In this document: in pieces, positions 61,965 through 64,000 of the stretch
How the letters are laid out: each line of letters starts with the position of its first letter
Numbering within the stretch: the first letter of the stretch is position 1
NCBI GenBank assembly: GCA_045888315.1
Contig: JBGCVQ010000125.1
Coordinates: 23,480-87,479, forward strand
Direction of reading: 5' to 3'
Length of the DNA stretch: 64,000 nucleotides
Origin: Anaerolineales bacterium
GTDB lineage: Bacteria; Chloroflexota; Anaerolineae; Anaerolineales; UBA11858
Position numbers and translations under genes: made by a program
The notes under the pieces: generated by a model
What the model was told of the DNA's origin: nothing
The model's input: the letters and a program-made list of their open reading frames with translations, nothing else
Database searches by the model: none

Positions 61965-62108
61965 GGTGATATCCTTCTCTGGATCAGAATCAAAGATACC
62001 CCTATTTTATCATTGAAAGAATGGCCGCCAGGGCAAAGAGCTCTTGATCTGCTGGCCTTCATCCCGGAAAAATAGTGTCTTTCTATATCTGCCTTGAAAG
62101 TCTCCAGG

Positions 62109-62117
62109 TGGTAGAAT
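62109..62117 (+). promoter_or_regulatory. extended -10 promoter element for glmS
   Basis: TGgTAGAAT, 42 nt upstream of ATG 62160. The nearby TTGAAA at 62094-62099 gives only a 12-nt spacer, too close to serve as the -35. Confidence 0.4.
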
Positions 62118-62159
62118 ATTCCCTCGAAAACAGCATCCCAGCGGGAAGGAAGGAAGTCT

Positions 62160-63968
62160 ATGTGCGGGATATTTGGAATTGTCACCAAAGAGGTAACCGA
62201 ACTGGGGCCGATCCTGATCGGAGCGGGCGAGCGCCTGTCCTACCGCGGCTATGACACGGTGGGCGCGGCCACCCTTCCCCAGGAAGGGGAGATCGACCTC
62301 CGCAAGGACGCCGGCAAGGTCCAGGAAGTGGCCGAGAGATATAATTTCGCGGAGATGACCGGGGACCGGGGCATCCTCCAGCTGCGCTGGGCCACTTTTG
62401 GGGCCCCTTCCAAGACCAATTCCCAGCCCCACTTGGATTCGGACGGCGACCTGGTGGGCGCCCACAACGGCAACGTGGTCAACAATGTCGAGCTCATGGC
62501 AGAATTCCGGGCCGAAGGCATGGTTGTGCGATCGGAGAATGACGGGGAGAGCTGTGTGCACGCCGTCGAGCGCTACGTGGACCAGGGCTACGACATGGTG
62601 AAAGCCATCCGCCTCGCCACCGGCGACCTGGAAGGGGATTATTCCTTCGTGATCGGCCGGGTGGGCGAGGACCGGCTGTATGCCATCAAGAACGGCTCCG
62701 GCCTGGTAGCCGGGGTGACCGACGACCTGGTCTGCATCGGGTCCGACCTGCCTTCCATCCTGCCCATCACCCGCAAGATTGTCCGCCTCTATGATGGCGA
62801 GATCATCAGTTTCTGGGCCGAGGGCTACCAGATCATCCGGGCCGAGGACGGCTCGGTCATCGAGCGCCAGCCAGAAACTGTGCTGGAAAGCATGGAAGCA
62901 GCCCAGAAAGGCGGCTATCCCCATTTCATGCTCAAGGAGATCCACGAGCAGAGCAAAGTCGCAGAAGAGCTGCTCCACATCCTGGACAGCTCCCCCGACC
63001 TGGAGCGCTTTATCGATAAACTGGATTCTGCCAGGAACATCTACCTCATCGCCTGCGGAACCAGCTACCACGCCGGCCTGCTGGGATCGCTGTATTTCAA
63101 CCGCTTCGCCGGCAGGGCGGCCATCCCGGTGCTGGCGCCGCAGTTCGCCCCCCAATATGGGGCCTCGGTCGGACCCCAGGATGTGGGGATCTTCATCACC
63201 CAGAGCGGCGAGACCAAGGACGTGCTCAACGCCGTGGAAGCCGCCCGGGAGCGGGGCATGGGGGTCCTGGACCTGGTCAACGTGGTGGGCTCGACCCTGA
63301 CCCTGATCAGCGACGTCCACCTGCCCCTGGCCTGCGGCTACGAGATCAGCGTTCCAGCCACCAAGACCTACCTCAACCAGGTGCTGGCCCTGCTCTACCT
63401 GGCGCTGCGCTGGGGCGGGCACGATACCAGCTCCCTGGCGAAGATCCCCGGGCTGATCGACCGCACCCTGGAAGCTTCCGAAGCACAGTTGGGGGCCATC
63501 GTCGAGAAGGTCAAGGACTGGGAAAGCCTCTACAGCCTGGGCTACGGGCTGACATACCCGGTGGCTTTGGAAGGTGCCTTGAAGTTCAAGGAGATCACTT
63601 ACGCCCATTGCGAGGGCATCCTCTCCACCGAGTTCAAGCACGGTCCGCTGTCTGCCGTCTATGACGGCTACCCGGTGCTGTTCACAGCCGGGCCGGAGGA
63701 CATCCCCTTGATCGTCAGCGGCATCAACGAGGTCACCTGCCGGGGCGGCCAGGCCATCGCCATCGGGCTGGAGGACGCCCGGCTGAAAGCCAACGCCCAG
63801 CAGACCCTGGTGATCCCCGATCTTGACCTACCGGAGGCGCTGGTGCCGGCTGCCGTCGCCCTGCTGAGCGCGCTGCCCCTGCAGCTGCTTTCCTACCAGG
63901 TCAGCCTGGCCCGCGGGTTTGACCCGGACTTCCCAAGGAACCTGAGCAAGACGCTGACCGTGGACTAA
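62160..63968 (+). CDS. glmS: glutamine--fructose-6-phosphate aminotransferase (isomerising)
   Basis: N-terminal nucleophile MCGIFGIV, two SIS domains and a C-terminal ...KTLTVD. A GGAAGGAAGGAAG SD is present. Confidence 0.95.
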   Translation: MCGIFGIVTKEVTELGPILIGAGERLSYRGYDTVGAATLPQEGEIDLRKDAGKVQEVAERYNFAEMTGDRGILQLRWATFGAPSKTNSQPHLDSDGDLVGAHNGNVVNNVELMAEFRAEGMVVRSENDGESCVHAVERYVDQGYDMVKAIRLATGDLEGDYSFVIGRVGEDRLYAIKNGSGLVAGVTDDLVCIGSDLPSILPITRKIVRLYDGEIISFWAEGYQIIRAEDGSVIERQPETVLESMEAAQKGGYPHFMLKEIHEQSKVAEELLHILDSSPDLERFIDKLDSARNIYLIACGTSYHAGLLGSLYFNRFAGRAAIPVLAPQFAPQYGASVGPQDVGIFITQSGETKDVLNAVEAARERGMGVLDLVNVVGSTLTLISDVHLPLACGYEISVPATKTYLNQVLALLYLALRWGGHDTSSLAKIPGLIDRTLEASEAQLGAIVEKVKDWESLYSLGYGLTYPVALEGALKFKEITYAHCEGILSTEFKHGPLSAVYDGYPVLFTAGPEDIPLIVSGINEVTCRGGQAIAIGLEDARLKANAQQTLVIPDLDLPEALVPAAVALLSALPLQLLSYQVSLARGFDPDFPRNLSKTLTVD

Positions 63969-64000
63969 GACGGGGGCATTTCTCCCACCTTTGCCAGCCA

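Noticed and set aside
62094-62099. TTGAAA as the -35 of the glmS promoter, and likewise TTGAAA at 27761-27766 for the 27.8-kb operon
   Set aside because: The spacers to the -10 hexamers are only 12-13 nt, outside the functional range. These promoters are better described as extended -10 only.
61965-62159. Possible glmS ribozyme upstream of glmS
   Set aside because: The likely promoter element at 62109-62117 leaves only about a 35-nt leader. I saw no ribozyme-like conserved core or pseudoknot-forming segments. Rfam RF00234 would settle it.
1-64000. CRISPR arrays, tRNA/rRNA genes, insertion sequences, integrases, prophage genes
   Set aside because: I found no direct-repeat/spacer arrays, cloverleaf-capable intergenic sequences, transposase or recombinase motifs, or terminal inverted repeats. 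The intergenic regions are short and are accounted for by promoters, terminators and the T-box.

Overview
This is a densely coding chromosomal segment that looks moderately GC-rich by eye. I call about 61 protein genes and find no rRNA, tRNA, CRISPR array, transposase or integrase. A T-box leader, an LPXTG protein and several lipoprotein genes suggest a monoderm, Chloroflexota/Anaerolineae-like bacterium, but that is a low-confidence inference. All domain calls come from reading motifs in the supplied translations, not from database searches.

Housekeeping genes:
- punA, ltaE, rluD, lspA, lgt, ftsK.
- ileS, preceded by a clear Ile T-box leader, and tyrS.
- kynU, def, recF, rsmG, gatCA, glmS.

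Regions worth a second look:
1. 27.8-36.9 kb: an eight-gene, translationally coupled operon of uncharacterised envelope proteins. It encodes four membrane proteins, a 1068-aa zinc-ribbon protein with a hyper-acidic Trp-repeat region, a GlmL/MutL-like actin-fold ATPase, a 355-aa barrel/KOW-like protein and an LPDTG sortase-substrate protein. This is my best candidate for an undescribed system.
2. 44.8-53.3 kb: an envelope block. It holds three tandem LysM-M23 lipoprotein paralogs with an altered zinc motif, then a seven-gene operon. That operon contains three tandem 62-aa paralogs, a DUF2089-like protein, a DUF4097-like protein and two further proteins. Four of its genes share a LiaX/YvlB-type helical motif, and the operon converges on a pspC-like gene.
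3. 12.2-16.6 kb: an iron locus with FeoB split into separate G-protein and permease genes. FeoA occurs only as fusions to two DtxR-type regulators, one of them membrane-anchored. A DtxR-box-like palindrome overlaps the operon promoter.

Smaller observations:
- Extended -10 promoters dominate, and several feed near-leaderless mRNAs.
- A candidate Tyr-Tyr leader peptide lies upstream of tyrS.
- A tetO-like palindrome overlaps the phosphohexomutase gene promoter.
- A cluster of GTAAATCG repeats sits between two membrane methyltransferase genes.
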